A stretch of DNA of 56,869 bases, from NCBI GenBank assembly GCA_041497895.1, contig JBGQHJ010000011.1, positions 1 through 56,869 on the forward strand, given 5' to 3'. Of the stretch, positions 1 through 9,112 are shown in pieces. Source of the DNA: Candidatus Methylomirabilia bacterium (lineage in GTDB: Bacteria > Methylomirabilota > Methylomirabilia > Rokubacteriales > CSP1-6). The notes below the pieces were generated by a model. That model had not been told where the DNA came from. It saw only the letters and a list, made by a program, of their open reading frames with translations, and ran no database searches. The translations under genes were made by a program, and so were the position numbers. How positions within the stretch are numbered: position 1 is the first letter of the stretch; each line of letters starts with the position of its first letter.

Positions 1-399
1 TGCTTCTCGGCCATCGAGCACGTGGAGTCGGTCGAGGCGACGGTGGCGGAGATGGTGCGGGTGGCCCGGCCCGGCGGGCTCGTCTACGTGCACACCCCGA
101 ACGCGTGGTCGTGGTACGAGGGCCACTACAAGCTCCTGTGGGCGCCGTTCCTGCCCGCGCCGGCGGGACGGCTCTACCTGCGCCTGCGCGGACGCCCGAG
201 CGCGTACCTCGCGACGCTCCGGCGGCTCACCCCGACCGGCCTGCGGCGGGCCTTCGCGCGGGTGGGCGTGCGGGACCTGCGATTCTTCGACGACGCGCCG
301 CCCCGCGAGTCGCTCGGCCCACTCCGCGTGCCGATCGGCCTCTACTACCGGCTTTCCGGCGTCTCGCCGTTCATCGAGCTGGTGGCGTGCAAGCCGTGA
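1..399 (+). CDS. Class I SAM-dependent methyltransferase (5' partial)
   Basis: Frame open from base 1: CFSAIEHV...EMVRVARPGG motif of type 11 methyltransferases. Confidence 0.8.
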   Translation, partial: CFSAIEHVESVEATVAEMVRVARPGGLVYVHTPNAWSWYEGHYKLLWAPFLPAPAGRLYLRLRGRPSAYLATLRRLTPTGLRRAFARVGVRDLRFFDDAPPRESLGPLRVPIGLYYRLSGVSPFIELVACKP

Positions 400-1685
400 C
401 GTCGATCCTGTTCGCCTGCGAGTACTACCCGCCGTTCGCGCCCGGAGGCGCCGAGTGGAGTACCGCCACGTGGGCGGCCGCGCTCGCCCGACGCGGGCAC
501 CGGGTGACGGTGGTCACGCCCAACTACGGCGCGGCGCCGCGGGAGGAGCGCGACGGGGTCACGATTGTGCGCGTTCCGTTCCCGGTGAAGCTGCAGCGGA
601 AAGAGGGCAGCGTGGGGTGGCTCGTGCATCGGAATGTGGGGTTCCACCTCTACTTTGCGTGGCAAATACGCCGTGTGGCCCGGGCCGCAGGGGCCCAGGT
701 CATCCATGCCCAGGGCAAGGCCGCTTTGTTCGGCGCCTGGCTGGCGGGTGCGAGCCTCAGGCGACCAGTCCTCGTCACGATCCGCGATTTGGGCTTGATG
801 TGCCCTTACGCACATTGCACTCAATTCGAGGAAAACTGGAGGGAGCTGAACTGCCCTGCCTGGAGTCAATATCAGGGGAAGTGTGTTCCGTATCATCTGA
901 AGAACTATCGTCCTGGAATCAGCGGTTGGCAACGTACGCGGGTTTGGATTGCTGCCACCCTTTCTTTCTTCGATCAGAAGATGTTGCAGTTCGCTCTGAG
1001 TCGAGTGAATGGAGCGATCGGAGTGAGCCGTGCTGCGCTAGGTGTGTTCGGCCACCACCGGCTGCCACATCAGCAGGAAGTCGTGCATAACTTGCCCCCT
1101 CAGGTGGACGTGCCCTCGGCATCCGAAGCGGACAATGTCCGGAGACGTCTCGGAATCGGATCTGGACCGCTTGTGCTATATGCGGGAAAGCTGTCGATCG
1201 GCAAAGGGACCCACGTATTTCTGGACTCTCTCCCTAGCATTCGGAGTCTCGTTCCTGAGGTGCGTTTTGCGCTCGCCGGGAAGGGCGACATGCTGATACC
1301 GACCGCCGCTGACATCTATCGCCTTGGCCAGATCGAGCAGGCCGACCTGTTTGCTCTCTATGCCACGGCGGCGGTGGTGGTGGTGCCGTCGGTTTGGGAG
1401 GAACCCTTCAGCCGCGTTCTCCTTGAGGCCATGCGCATGGGCCGGCCGGTGGTGGCGACGAGAGTCGGAGGTACGCCAGAGGCCGTCGAGGATGGGGTGA
1501 CAGGATTACTGGTGCCCAAGAGGAATTCGGACGCGCTCGCGAAAGCGATCGTTGAACTGCTCCTCGATGCCTCAAAGCGCGAACGGATGGGAGAAGCGGC
1601 TCGACGTAGGGCTACTCAGTTCTTCGACGAGGGGAAGCTGGTGGATCAGTTGCTCGATGTCTATCGGAAGGCATGCGCCGCGTGA
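396..1685 (+). CDS. Glycosyltransferase family 4
   Basis: GTG overlapping upstream TGA; EYYPP..GGAE N-terminus; EPFSRVLLEAM and TRVGGTPE motifs. Confidence 0.9.
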   Translation: MTSILFACEYYPPFAPGGAEWSTATWAAALARRGHRVTVVTPNYGAAPREERDGVTIVRVPFPVKLQRKEGSVGWLVHRNVGFHLYFAWQIRRVARAAGAQVIHAQGKAALFGAWLAGASLRRPVLVTIRDLGLMCPYAHCTQFEENWRELNCPAWSQYQGKCVPYHLKNYRPGISGWQRTRVWIAATLSFFDQKMLQFALSRVNGAIGVSRAALGVFGHHRLPHQQEVVHNLPPQVDVPSASEADNVRRRLGIGSGPLVLYAGKLSIGKGTHVFLDSLPSIRSLVPEVRFALAGKGDMLIPTAADIYRLGQIEQADLFALYATAAVVVVPSVWEEPFSRVLLEAMRMGRPVVATRVGGTPEAVEDGVTGLLVPKRNSDALAKAIVELLLDASKRERMGEAARRRATQFFDEGKLVDQLLDVYRKACAA

Positions 1686-2347
1686 AGGACGGGTTCGCCT
1701 ATTACCTGGGCGTGTCCTACCGGCGCAAGCGGGTCGACGCGGATCTCGCCGCCGCGACCGCGCACTTCATCGGCCGCGTGCTCGACGTGGGCGGGGCCCG
1801 GCAGCGCGGGGCCTTCCGGCGACCGGCAGGCGCGCGCTGGGTGGTGGCCGACATCGAGCGCGCCTTCCGCCCCGACGTGGGAGCCGACGTGCAGGCGCTG
1901 CCATTCCGCGACGCGGCCTTCGACGCGATCAAGGCCACCGAGCTGCTCGAGCACGTGCCGGACGTGGCCCGGGCGCTCGGGGAGTGCCGGCGCGTGCTGC
2001 GGCCCGGCGGCCACCTCGTGATCACCGCGCCGTTCCTCGAGCGGCTGCACGGCGATCCCGGGGACTACTCGCGCTACACGCGCAGCATGTGGGAGCGGCT
2101 CCTCGCCGCCGCCGATCTCAAGCCGGTCACCATCGCCGAGCAGGGCGGCTACTTCACGCACCTGGCCGGCCTGCTCCGCTTCCTGGTGCTGCGGGCTCCG
2201 CGCCCGCTGCGCTGGGCCGGCTACGGGTTCTTCCCACTCCTCGACCTGCTCACGCGGCTCGACGCTTCCGAGCGCCTGCGGCGGTCGGAATTCGCCGCCT
2301 TCGTGGGAGGCTACCTGATCGTGGCCGAGCGGCCGCCCGCCTCGTGA
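1673..2347 (+). CDS. Class I SAM-dependent methyltransferase
   Basis: VLDVGG, LPFRDAAFD, LLEHV, RVLRPGG motifs; start could be GTG 1682. Confidence 0.85.
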   Translation: MRRVKDGFAYYLGVSYRRKRVDADLAAATAHFIGRVLDVGGARQRGAFRRPAGARWVVADIERAFRPDVGADVQALPFRDAAFDAIKATELLEHVPDVARALGECRRVLRPGGHLVITAPFLERLHGDPGDYSRYTRSMWERLLAAADLKPVTIAEQGGYFTHLAGLLRFLVLRAPRPLRWAGYGFFPLLDLLTRLDASERLRRSEFAAFVGGYLIVAERPPAS

Positions 2348-2354
2348 GGCGCGC

Positions 2355-3506
2355 GTGAGGATCTGCACGCCGCACTGCGGGATCGCGCCCGAGACCACCT
2401 CGGGCGGCGAGACCTACGAGCGCGAGCTCCTGGAGCGGCTCGGGCGCGCCGGAGTCCAGCTCGAGATCATCCTGGCCCGGGGTAAGCCGCACCCGGTGGG
2501 CGTGCCCAACTGGAGAATCCACCGCTTCGCGATCGGGCGCGGCCTGCGATGGTACGTGGCCCCGCTCGTGGTGCCGGCGGCCATCCGCCGCGTGCACGCC
2601 GCGGTGGGCTTCGACCTCCTCCGCGTCCACTCCCTGCGCTACATCGGCCCGTCCGCGCTCTGGGCGCGCCGGCGCTACCGCCTGGACGTCCCGATCGTGT
2701 CGCACCATCACCACCTCGATCCGGACCCGCTGAACCGCCTGATCGAGAAGAGGGTGGTGGACGCCTCCGACCGGGTGGTGGTGGGCAGCGAGTTCGGCCG
2801 CCGGCAGCTCCAGGAGGAGCTGGGCGCGCGCGTCGACCACGTCTCGGTCGTGTACTACGGGGTCGACGCGCGGTTCGCGCCCCGGCCGCGGCGGGAGGAT
2901 CTGGTGGCCCGCTACCGCCTCGCCGGGCGCCGCGTGGCCCTCTACTTCGGCGGGCTCAAGCCCCGGAAGAACCTCGGGCTGCTCGTCGAGGCCTGGCGCG
3001 CGCTCGCGCCCCGGCATGCCGACACCACGTTGCTGATCGCGGGCGGCGGCCCGCTCCTGGGGGAGCTGCGCGCGCAGGTGAGCCGCCTCGGCCTCGACGG
3101 TCGGGTGGTCTTCACCGGCTACGTGGCCGAGGCCGAGAAGGCGGATCACTTCAACCTGGGCGACGTGTTCCTGTTCCCGTCGGCGATGGAGGGCTTCGGC
3201 CTCGTGGTGGCGGAGGCGATGTCCACCGGGCTCCCGGTCGTCGCCTCGAACCGCGGATCGATCCCGGAGCTGGTCGTCGACGGCGAGGGCGGCTTCGTCT
3301 GCGAGCCCACCGGCCCCGAGCCGTTCGCGGAGAAGCTGACGCTGCTGCTCGGCGATCGCGCGCTCGGCGAGAAGTTCGGCCACGCCAACCGCGAGCGGGT
3401 GGAGCGCCTCTTCCGCTGGGAGCGCTGCGTGGGCGGCACCCGGCGCGTCTACGAGGAGACGCTCGAGGCGTGGCGCCGGCGCGGAGCGGGGGGACGGGCA
3501 CGATGA
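2355..3506 (+). CDS. Glycosyltransferase family 4
   Basis: RKNL, EGFGLVVAEAM, SNRGSIPE motifs. Confidence 0.92.
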   Translation: MRICTPHCGIAPETTSGGETYERELLERLGRAGVQLEIILARGKPHPVGVPNWRIHRFAIGRGLRWYVAPLVVPAAIRRVHAAVGFDLLRVHSLRYIGPSALWARRRYRLDVPIVSHHHHLDPDPLNRLIEKRVVDASDRVVVGSEFGRRQLQEELGARVDHVSVVYYGVDARFAPRPRREDLVARYRLAGRRVALYFGGLKPRKNLGLLVEAWRALAPRHADTTLLIAGGGPLLGELRAQVSRLGLDGRVVFTGYVAEAEKADHFNLGDVFLFPSAMEGFGLVVAEAMSTGLPVVASNRGSIPELVVDGEGGFVCEPTGPEPFAEKLTLLLGDRALGEKFGHANRERVERLFRWERCVGGTRRVYEETLEAWRRRGAGGRAR

Positions 3507-4291
3507 ACGGGCTCCAGCGCCTGCTCGTGCGCGGGGTGGACCTGGTGAACCGCCGCGGCAAGTCGGTGGGCGTGCGCCTGGTGAAGCTCACCGGGAAGCG
3601 GCCGTACGCGATCCACCCCAAGCACCTGGTCGAGCAGCCCTGGCACGACTGGTACCTGCCGTACCTCGAGCGGGGCGACTTCGTGCTCGACGTGGGCTGC
3701 AGCAACGGCGCGCACCTGGTCCGCGCGGCCACCGCGTGCCGCTCGATCGTGGGCTTCGACTACGACCTGCCCCAGCTCGCCATCGCGGGGCGGACGATCC
3801 GGGAGCAGCGGCTCGAGCGGGCGCGGGTGCTGGCGTGGGACATCACGCGGCCCTTCCCGTTCCCGGACCGGATCTTCGAGAAGGCGCTCTTCCTCGACGT
3901 CATCGAGCACCTCCACCCGCGGGTGGCGGTGCTGCGCGAGATCCACCGGGTGCTGAAGGACGACGGGCGGCTCCTCGTCTCGGGCCCGAACCGGGAGAAC
4001 TCGTGGCGCCGGACCCTGCGCGCGGCGGGGCTCTTCGCCTACTCCGACCCCGACCACAAGATCGAGTACACGCGCGAGGAGTTCCTCGACGAGCTCACCC
4101 AGGCCGGCTTCGAGCCGGAGGGCGCAGTGATGCCGGTGGTGTTCGACACGCCGTGGGCCGGGGTCATCGACGCGGTGGGCGGCGTCTCGCTCGGGCTCTA
4201 CGATCGCCTGAGCCGCTGGAAGCGGGACGCGGCCCTGCGGCGGCCGGAGGAGAGCACCGGCTTCCGCGTCGTGGCGAGGAAGCGCCGCTGA
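3503..4291 (+). CDS. Class I SAM-dependent methyltransferase
   Basis: ATGA overlap; VLDVGCSNG, FPFPD, DVIEHL, HRVLKDDG. Confidence 0.88.
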   Translation: MNGLQRLLVRGVDLVNRRGKSVGVRLVKLTGKRPYAIHPKHLVEQPWHDWYLPYLERGDFVLDVGCSNGAHLVRAATACRSIVGFDYDLPQLAIAGRTIREQRLERARVLAWDITRPFPFPDRIFEKALFLDVIEHLHPRVAVLREIHRVLKDDGRLLVSGPNRENSWRRTLRAAGLFAYSDPDHKIEYTREEFLDELTQAGFEPEGAVMPVVFDTPWAGVIDAVGGVSLGLYDRLSRWKRDAALRRPEESTGFRVVARKRR

Positions 4292-5397
4292 TGCGGGTGG
4301 GCCTGCTCCCGGCCCTGGGCGGCGGCATCCGGGCGCTGGCCCAGACCGGTCAGCAGTCGCGGCTGATCGACGGCTACTTCCGCCCGTACCTGCGCGCGTT
4401 CGACGGCCTCGACTACTTCAGCTACCTGCCGGAGACGCTCGCCGAGTTCACCGACGAGGCCGCGCTGCTCGCAGGGGTGCGGGTGCACGCGCCGCCCGGG
4501 CCGGTGGCTCGCGGCCGGCGCGCGGTGCAGATCCCGTTCGCCCACGCGGCCGAGATGCGCGGGTGCGCCGCGCTGCGCGTGTTCCAGATCACCGGCGTCA
4601 TCCCGGCCCTGATCGCGCGCCGGCGCTTCGGCGTCCCGTTCGTGACCACCTACGGCTTCTGGTACGCGGCGCTCTCCGAACCCGGGCCCAAGCGCGTGCT
4701 CAAGAGCCTGGTCGAGCGGCTGGGACTCAAGCACGCCGCCGCGGTGATCGCGACCACGCCCGAGCTGGCCGCGCGGGCGAAGCGTCTGGCGCGCCGGGTG
4801 GAGCTGATCCCGAACGGGGTGGACACGTCGCTATTTCGACCGGCAACCGGCGTGCGGTCCGGAGGGCGCCCCCGCGTCCTGTACGTCGGGCGACTGTCGC
4901 ACGAGAAGAATCTGAGCCGGGTGATCGCGGCGAACAAGTCGCTCGGTACGGAAGTGTTCATCGTCGGGTCCGGTCCCCAGAAAGACGAGCTCGCGGAGGA
5001 AGCGAAGCGGGCGGGGGTCATCGTCGACTTCCGGGGCGTCGTGGATCAGCGGAGCCTGCCCGAGGTGTACGGTTCTGCCGACGTCTTCGTCCTCGCGTCC
5101 TTCACCGAGGGCCATCCCAAGGTGCTGCTGGAGGCGATGGCCTGCGGGATTCCCTGTGTCGCATCCGATTGCGCGGGCAATCGCTCGCTTGTCACGGATG
5201 GGCGCACCGGACTCCTATTCGACCCGCACGATGCAAAGGCGTTGTCGCACTGTCTCGAGCGTGTGCTCAACGAGCGTGGGCTCGGACCGGAGCTGGCTCG
5301 AGCGGCGCGCGCCGAGATCGTCGCCCGCTACGACCTGCGCGCGCTGGTCGAGCGCGAGATCGCGCTGGTGCGACAGGTCGCGGGCGGGGGAGGCTGA
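4291..5397 (+). CDS. Glycosyltransferase family 4
   Basis: IPNGVD, YVGRLSHEKN, EGHPKVLLEAMACG. Confidence 0.92.
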   Translation: MRVGLLPALGGGIRALAQTGQQSRLIDGYFRPYLRAFDGLDYFSYLPETLAEFTDEAALLAGVRVHAPPGPVARGRRAVQIPFAHAAEMRGCAALRVFQITGVIPALIARRRFGVPFVTTYGFWYAALSEPGPKRVLKSLVERLGLKHAAAVIATTPELAARAKRLARRVELIPNGVDTSLFRPATGVRSGGRPRVLYVGRLSHEKNLSRVIAANKSLGTEVFIVGSGPQKDELAEEAKRAGVIVDFRGVVDQRSLPEVYGSADVFVLASFTEGHPKVLLEAMACGIPCVASDCAGNRSLVTDGRTGLLFDPHDAKALSHCLERVLNERGLGPELARAARAEIVARYDLRALVEREIALVRQVAGGGG

Positions 5398-5400
5398 GCC

Positions 5401-6216
5401 ATCCCGCTCGCGTACTACTCGCGCTCGGCCACCACCGAGTTCTGGACCGAGCACTGGGGCGGCCACACCGTCGAGGAGTTGCTCGGCATCGCGCGCGAGT
5501 CACCGCTCACCGCGCTGATCGAGCGCCACCTGCCCGCCGGGGGCCGGCTGCTCGAGGCCGGCTGCGGGCTCGGCCAGTACGTGCTGCTGCTTCGCGAGCG
5601 CGGCCGCGCCGCGGTGGGCGCCGACTGGAGCCTGGAGGCGCTGCGCGCGGGGGCCGGCCTCGGGGCTCCCCTCGCGGTCATGGACCTGCGGGCCCTGGCG
5701 GTCGTCACCGGCGGGATCGGAACCTATCTCTCGCTCGGCGTCGTGGAGCACGATCCGGACGGCCCGGACGCGATCCTTCGCGAGGCGGCGCGGGTGGTGC
5801 CGTCCGGGGGGACGCTGCTGCTCTCGGTGCCGTACTGGAACGGGGTGCGGCGGCTCGCCACGCCGTACCTGCGCCGGCAGGCGCGCCACACTCGCGCGGC
5901 GGGCGGGCAGTTCTACCAGTACGCGTTCACCCGTCGCGAGCTGGGCCGGCGCCTCGCCACGCACGGCTTCACGGTCACCGGTTTTCATCCCTACGACCCG
6001 GCGCGGGTGCTGCGCAAGGCCCTGCGCCGGCTGCGCGGCGGGGCCCGCCCGCCGGGTCCGGGCTCCGCTCCGGCCGCGCCGATCAGCATGGCGGATGCTC
6101 AGGTTCCCGCGGGCGCCCGCTCGCGGCTCGGGCGCGCGGCCCGGGCGCTGCTCTACTGCGAGCCCTCGCTGCGCCTCTTCGGCCACATGCTGCTGGCGGT
6201 GGCGGTGCGCCGCTAG
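5401..6216 (+). CDS. Class I SAM-dependent methyltransferase; probable ATC start
   Basis: LLEAGCGLG, LGVVEH motifs; GGAGG at 5389-5393 lies 7 nt before in-frame ATC 5401; ORF track start is TTG 5479. Confidence 0.8.
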   Translation: MPLAYYSRSATTEFWTEHWGGHTVEELLGIARESPLTALIERHLPAGGRLLEAGCGLGQYVLLLRERGRAAVGADWSLEALRAGAGLGAPLAVMDLRALAVVTGGIGTYLSLGVVEHDPDGPDAILREAARVVPSGGTLLLSVPYWNGVRRLATPYLRRQARHTRAAGGQFYQYAFTRRELGRRLATHGFTVTGFHPYDPARVLRKALRRLRGGARPPGPGSAPAAPISMADAQVPAGARSRLGRAARALLYCEPSLRLFGHMLLAVAVRR

Positions 6217-6225
6217 GCCCGTTGC

Positions 6226-6231
6226 TATACT
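6226..6231 (+). promoter_or_regulatory. Extended -10 element (TGcTATACT); leaderless promoter
   Basis: TATACT 7 nt upstream of ATG 6239, no SD. Confidence 0.6.
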
Positions 6232-6238
6232 GCCCGCG

Positions 6239-7177
6239 ATGAGCGAGCCCGCGTTCGAGCTGGACGACCTGGGAGACCGGCGCGTGCTCACCGTGGACGG
6301 CCGGCGGTACGAGACGCGCTACAGCGCGCGCGTGGTCCGGCTGCTCATCGAGCGCAAGGGCGCGCGCCGGGCCCCGCTCTATTTTCCGTTCAAGGAGCAG
6401 CGCGCCCGCCTCTTCCTCGATCCGCTGTTCGGCTACCTCCGGGCGCGGGGGGCGCACGGCCTGGCGGTGCTCGAGGTCGGCTCCTCCTTCGGCCACATGA
6501 CCGAGTACCTGGCCGAGCAGCCGGAGGTGGCGGAGATCCACTGCTTCGACACCGACCCCGCGTTCGTGGACATCGTGCGCGCCAAGGTGGAGGAGCAGGG
6601 ACTCGGCAAGGTGAAGGAGGTGCTGCTCCTCGGCAACGACGAGACGCGGCGGCTGCCGTGGCCCGACGCGCGCTTCGATCTCGTCCTCGTGGTCGGCGTG
6701 GTGGAGCACCTGCCGGCGCGCAACCGCCGCGCCCAGGTCGACGAGTACTATCGCCTGCTCGCGCCGGGCGGTCACATCGCGCTCCTCGACACGCCGAACC
6801 GGCTGTTCCCGCTCGAGACCCACTCGATCGGCCTGCCGCTCGTGCAGTGGCTGCCGCCGCGCCTGGCCCACGCCTACGCGCGCCTGGCCCGGCCACGGAA
6901 GTTCGGGCGCGTGCCGTTCGAGACCTTCGTGGCCGACGGCACCGGCTGGCGCAACGCCACCTTCGCCGATTGCCTGCCCGCGGGGGGCCCGGGCGGGCTC
7001 GTGGACGTGACCGAGGAGGCGGGCTACGGCTGGGGCTTCTTCCGCGCCACCGCGCGCTCCCGCGTGCGGCGCGCCCTGCTCCCGCTCTTCGCCGCCGCGG
7101 TGGCCGCGCTCCGGACGCTGCGGCGTCCGCCCTCGCTCTGCCTGCCCTATCTCAACCTGCTCCTGCGCAAGCGATGA
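6239..7177 (+). CDS. Class I SAM-dependent methyltransferase
   Basis: VLEVGSSFG, LPWPDARFD, VVEHL, LAPGG, TPNR. Confidence 0.85.
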   Translation: MSEPAFELDDLGDRRVLTVDGRRYETRYSARVVRLLIERKGARRAPLYFPFKEQRARLFLDPLFGYLRARGAHGLAVLEVGSSFGHMTEYLAEQPEVAEIHCFDTDPAFVDIVRAKVEEQGLGKVKEVLLLGNDETRRLPWPDARFDLVLVVGVVEHLPARNRRAQVDEYYRLLAPGGHIALLDTPNRLFPLETHSIGLPLVQWLPPRLAHAYARLARPRKFGRVPFETFVADGTGWRNATFADCLPAGGPGGLVDVTEEAGYGWGFFRATARSRVRRALLPLFAAAVAALRTLRRPPSLCLPYLNLLLRKR

Positions 7178-7983
7178 CCCCGCCGCTCGCGGCCGCGCCC
7201 GCGGTGTCCGTGCTCATGGGCGTGCGCGACGGCGCCCCGTGGGTCGCCGGCGCGATCGAGAGCATTCTCGGCCAGACGCTCGGCGACCTCGAGCTGATCG
7301 TCGTGGACGACGGCTCGACCGACGACACCCCGATGCTGCTGGCGCGGGTGGGCGACCCCCGGCTCATCGTGGAGCGACAGGCCGCGGCCGGTCTCACCCG
7401 CGCGCTCGGACGGGCGCTCGCGCGCGCGCGCGGCGCGCTGGTGGCCCGGCTCGACGCCGACGACGTGGCGCGTCCCGATCGGCTCGAGCGGCAGCACGCG
7501 TTCCTGGCCGCCCATCCCGAGGTCGGCCTGCTCGGGAGCGCGGCGCGCGTGGTGGACGAGGCCGGCCGCGAGGTGGGCGAGATCCGGCCGCCCGAGGACG
7601 ACGCGACGCTCCGCCGCGCGCTCATCCGCCGCAACCCGTTCGTCCACTCCTCGATCGTGGCGCGCCGGGCGCTGATCACGCAGGCCGGCGGGTACGATCC
7701 GGACTTCCCGGTCGCGCAGGACTACGACCTCTGGCTGCGGCTCGCCTCGCTCACGCGGATGGCCAACCTGCCCGAGGCGCTGGTGACCCGTCGCCTCGTC
7801 GCAGGGCGAGTGACCGCGGCGCGCGAGGGCGACCGGCTGCGCGCGGAGGCCCGCGCGCGCTGGCGCGCGGTGCGGCGGGGCGCCTATCCGCCCTGGAGCG
7901 CGGTCTGGGCGCTGCGGCCTCTGCTGGCCCTGGCGGTGCCGGGCCCGATGCGCGCGATGCTGCGGCGGGCGGGGGGCGGCTGA
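7174..7983 (+). CDS. Glycosyltransferase family 2
   Basis: VSVLM, VDDGSTD, RLDADD, QDYDLWLR. Confidence 0.92.
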   Translation: MTPPLAAAPAVSVLMGVRDGAPWVAGAIESILGQTLGDLELIVVDDGSTDDTPMLLARVGDPRLIVERQAAAGLTRALGRALARARGALVARLDADDVARPDRLERQHAFLAAHPEVGLLGSAARVVDEAGREVGEIRPPEDDATLRRALIRRNPFVHSSIVARRALITQAGGYDPDFPVAQDYDLWLRLASLTRMANLPEALVTRRLVAGRVTAAREGDRLRAEARARWRAVRRGAYPPWSAVWALRPLLALAVPGPMRAMLRRAGGG

Positions 7984-7984
7984 C

Positions 7985-9103
7985 GTGGGCGAGCCGGTGC
8001 GCGTCCTCGAGCTGCTGGTCTCGACCGACCTGGGGGGCGGGCCCGTGCACGTGCGCGACGTGGTGTCGGCGCTCGCCGGACCCGAGTTTCAATTCACGGT
8101 GGCGGGCCCGGCGGGCGGCGCCCTCGTCGGCGCCTTCACCGCGGCCGGGGCCGCGTTCGCGCCGCTCGCCGCGGATCGCCTCTCGCTCGGAGCGCTGCGG
8201 GAGACGGTGCGCCTGGCGCGGGCCGGGCGGGCGCAGGTCATCCACTCGCACGGCAAGGGGGCCGGGCTCTACGGGCGCCTCGCGGCCCGGCTCACCGGGG
8301 CCGCCGCGATCCACACCTTCCACGGTATCCACCACGCGGGCTACTCGCGCCTGTACCTGATGCTCGAGCGCGCGCTCGCGCGGCAAAGCTACGCGGTGAT
8401 CCACGTGTCGGCGAGCCAGGCCGCGGAGGCGCGCGCACTCGGCCTGGCCCCGCCCGGGCGGAGCCACGTCATCGTCAACGGGGTGGACGCGGCGGCGGTG
8501 CGGGCGCTCGCGGCCCGCGCGCCGCTGACGCGCGCGGCGCTCGGGCTCCGGGCCGACGCGTTCGTGCTCGCGACGGTGGCGCGCTTCGACCCGGTCAAGG
8601 GGCTCGACGTGCTGCTGCGCGCGGTGCCGCGCCTGGCCGCGCGGGTACCCGCGGCGCAGCTCCTGATCGTGGGCGACGGACCGGAGCGCGAGCGCCTCCA
8701 CGCGCTGGCGCGCGAGGTCGATCCGGGCGGCCGCGTCGTGTTCGCGGGCGCGGTCCCGGACGCGGCGCGCCTGCTGCCGCTCGTGGATCTCTACGTGACC
8801 GCCTCCCGCCGGGAAGGACTGCCGCTGGCGGTGCTGGAGGCGATGGCGTGCGGGATTCCGGTGCTGGCCACGCGGGTGCCCGGGCACACCGACGCGGTGG
8901 AGGACGGCGTCACCGGGCAGCTCGTGCCGGCGGACGACCCCGAGCGGCTGGCCGCGGCGGCCGCCGGGCTCCTGGCCGACGGGCCGCGCCGCGCCGCGAT
9001 GGGCCGGGCCGCGTACGAGCGGGTCGCAGAGCGCTTCGACCGCGCCCGGATGATCGCGGAGATCGCCGATCTCTACCGGGCCGCGGCGAGGCGTGGCGTA
9101 TAA
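7985..9103 (+). CDS. Glycosyltransferase family 4
   Basis: HTFHG, NGVD, EGLPLAVLEAMACG. Confidence 0.92.
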   Translation: MGEPVRVLELLVSTDLGGGPVHVRDVVSALAGPEFQFTVAGPAGGALVGAFTAAGAAFAPLAADRLSLGALRETVRLARAGRAQVIHSHGKGAGLYGRLAARLTGAAAIHTFHGIHHAGYSRLYLMLERALARQSYAVIHVSASQAAEARALGLAPPGRSHVIVNGVDAAAVRALAARAPLTRAALGLRADAFVLATVARFDPVKGLDVLLRAVPRLAARVPAAQLLIVGDGPERERLHALAREVDPGGRVVFAGAVPDAARLLPLVDLYVTASRREGLPLAVLEAMACGIPVLATRVPGHTDAVEDGVTGQLVPADDPERLAAAAAGLLADGPRRAAMGRAAYERVAERFDRARMIAEIADLYRAAARRGV

Positions 9104-9104
9104 T
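9099..9104 (+). promoter_or_regulatory. -10 element TATAAT; leaderless promoter
   Basis: Consensus TATAAT 8 nt before ATG 9113, no SD. Confidence 0.65.
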
Positions 9105-9112
9105 CTTCGGCA

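Noticed and set aside
5395..5397. Selenocysteine codon
   Set aside because: Falls in an inter-domain position, not a catalytic Cys site; no recognisable SECIS.
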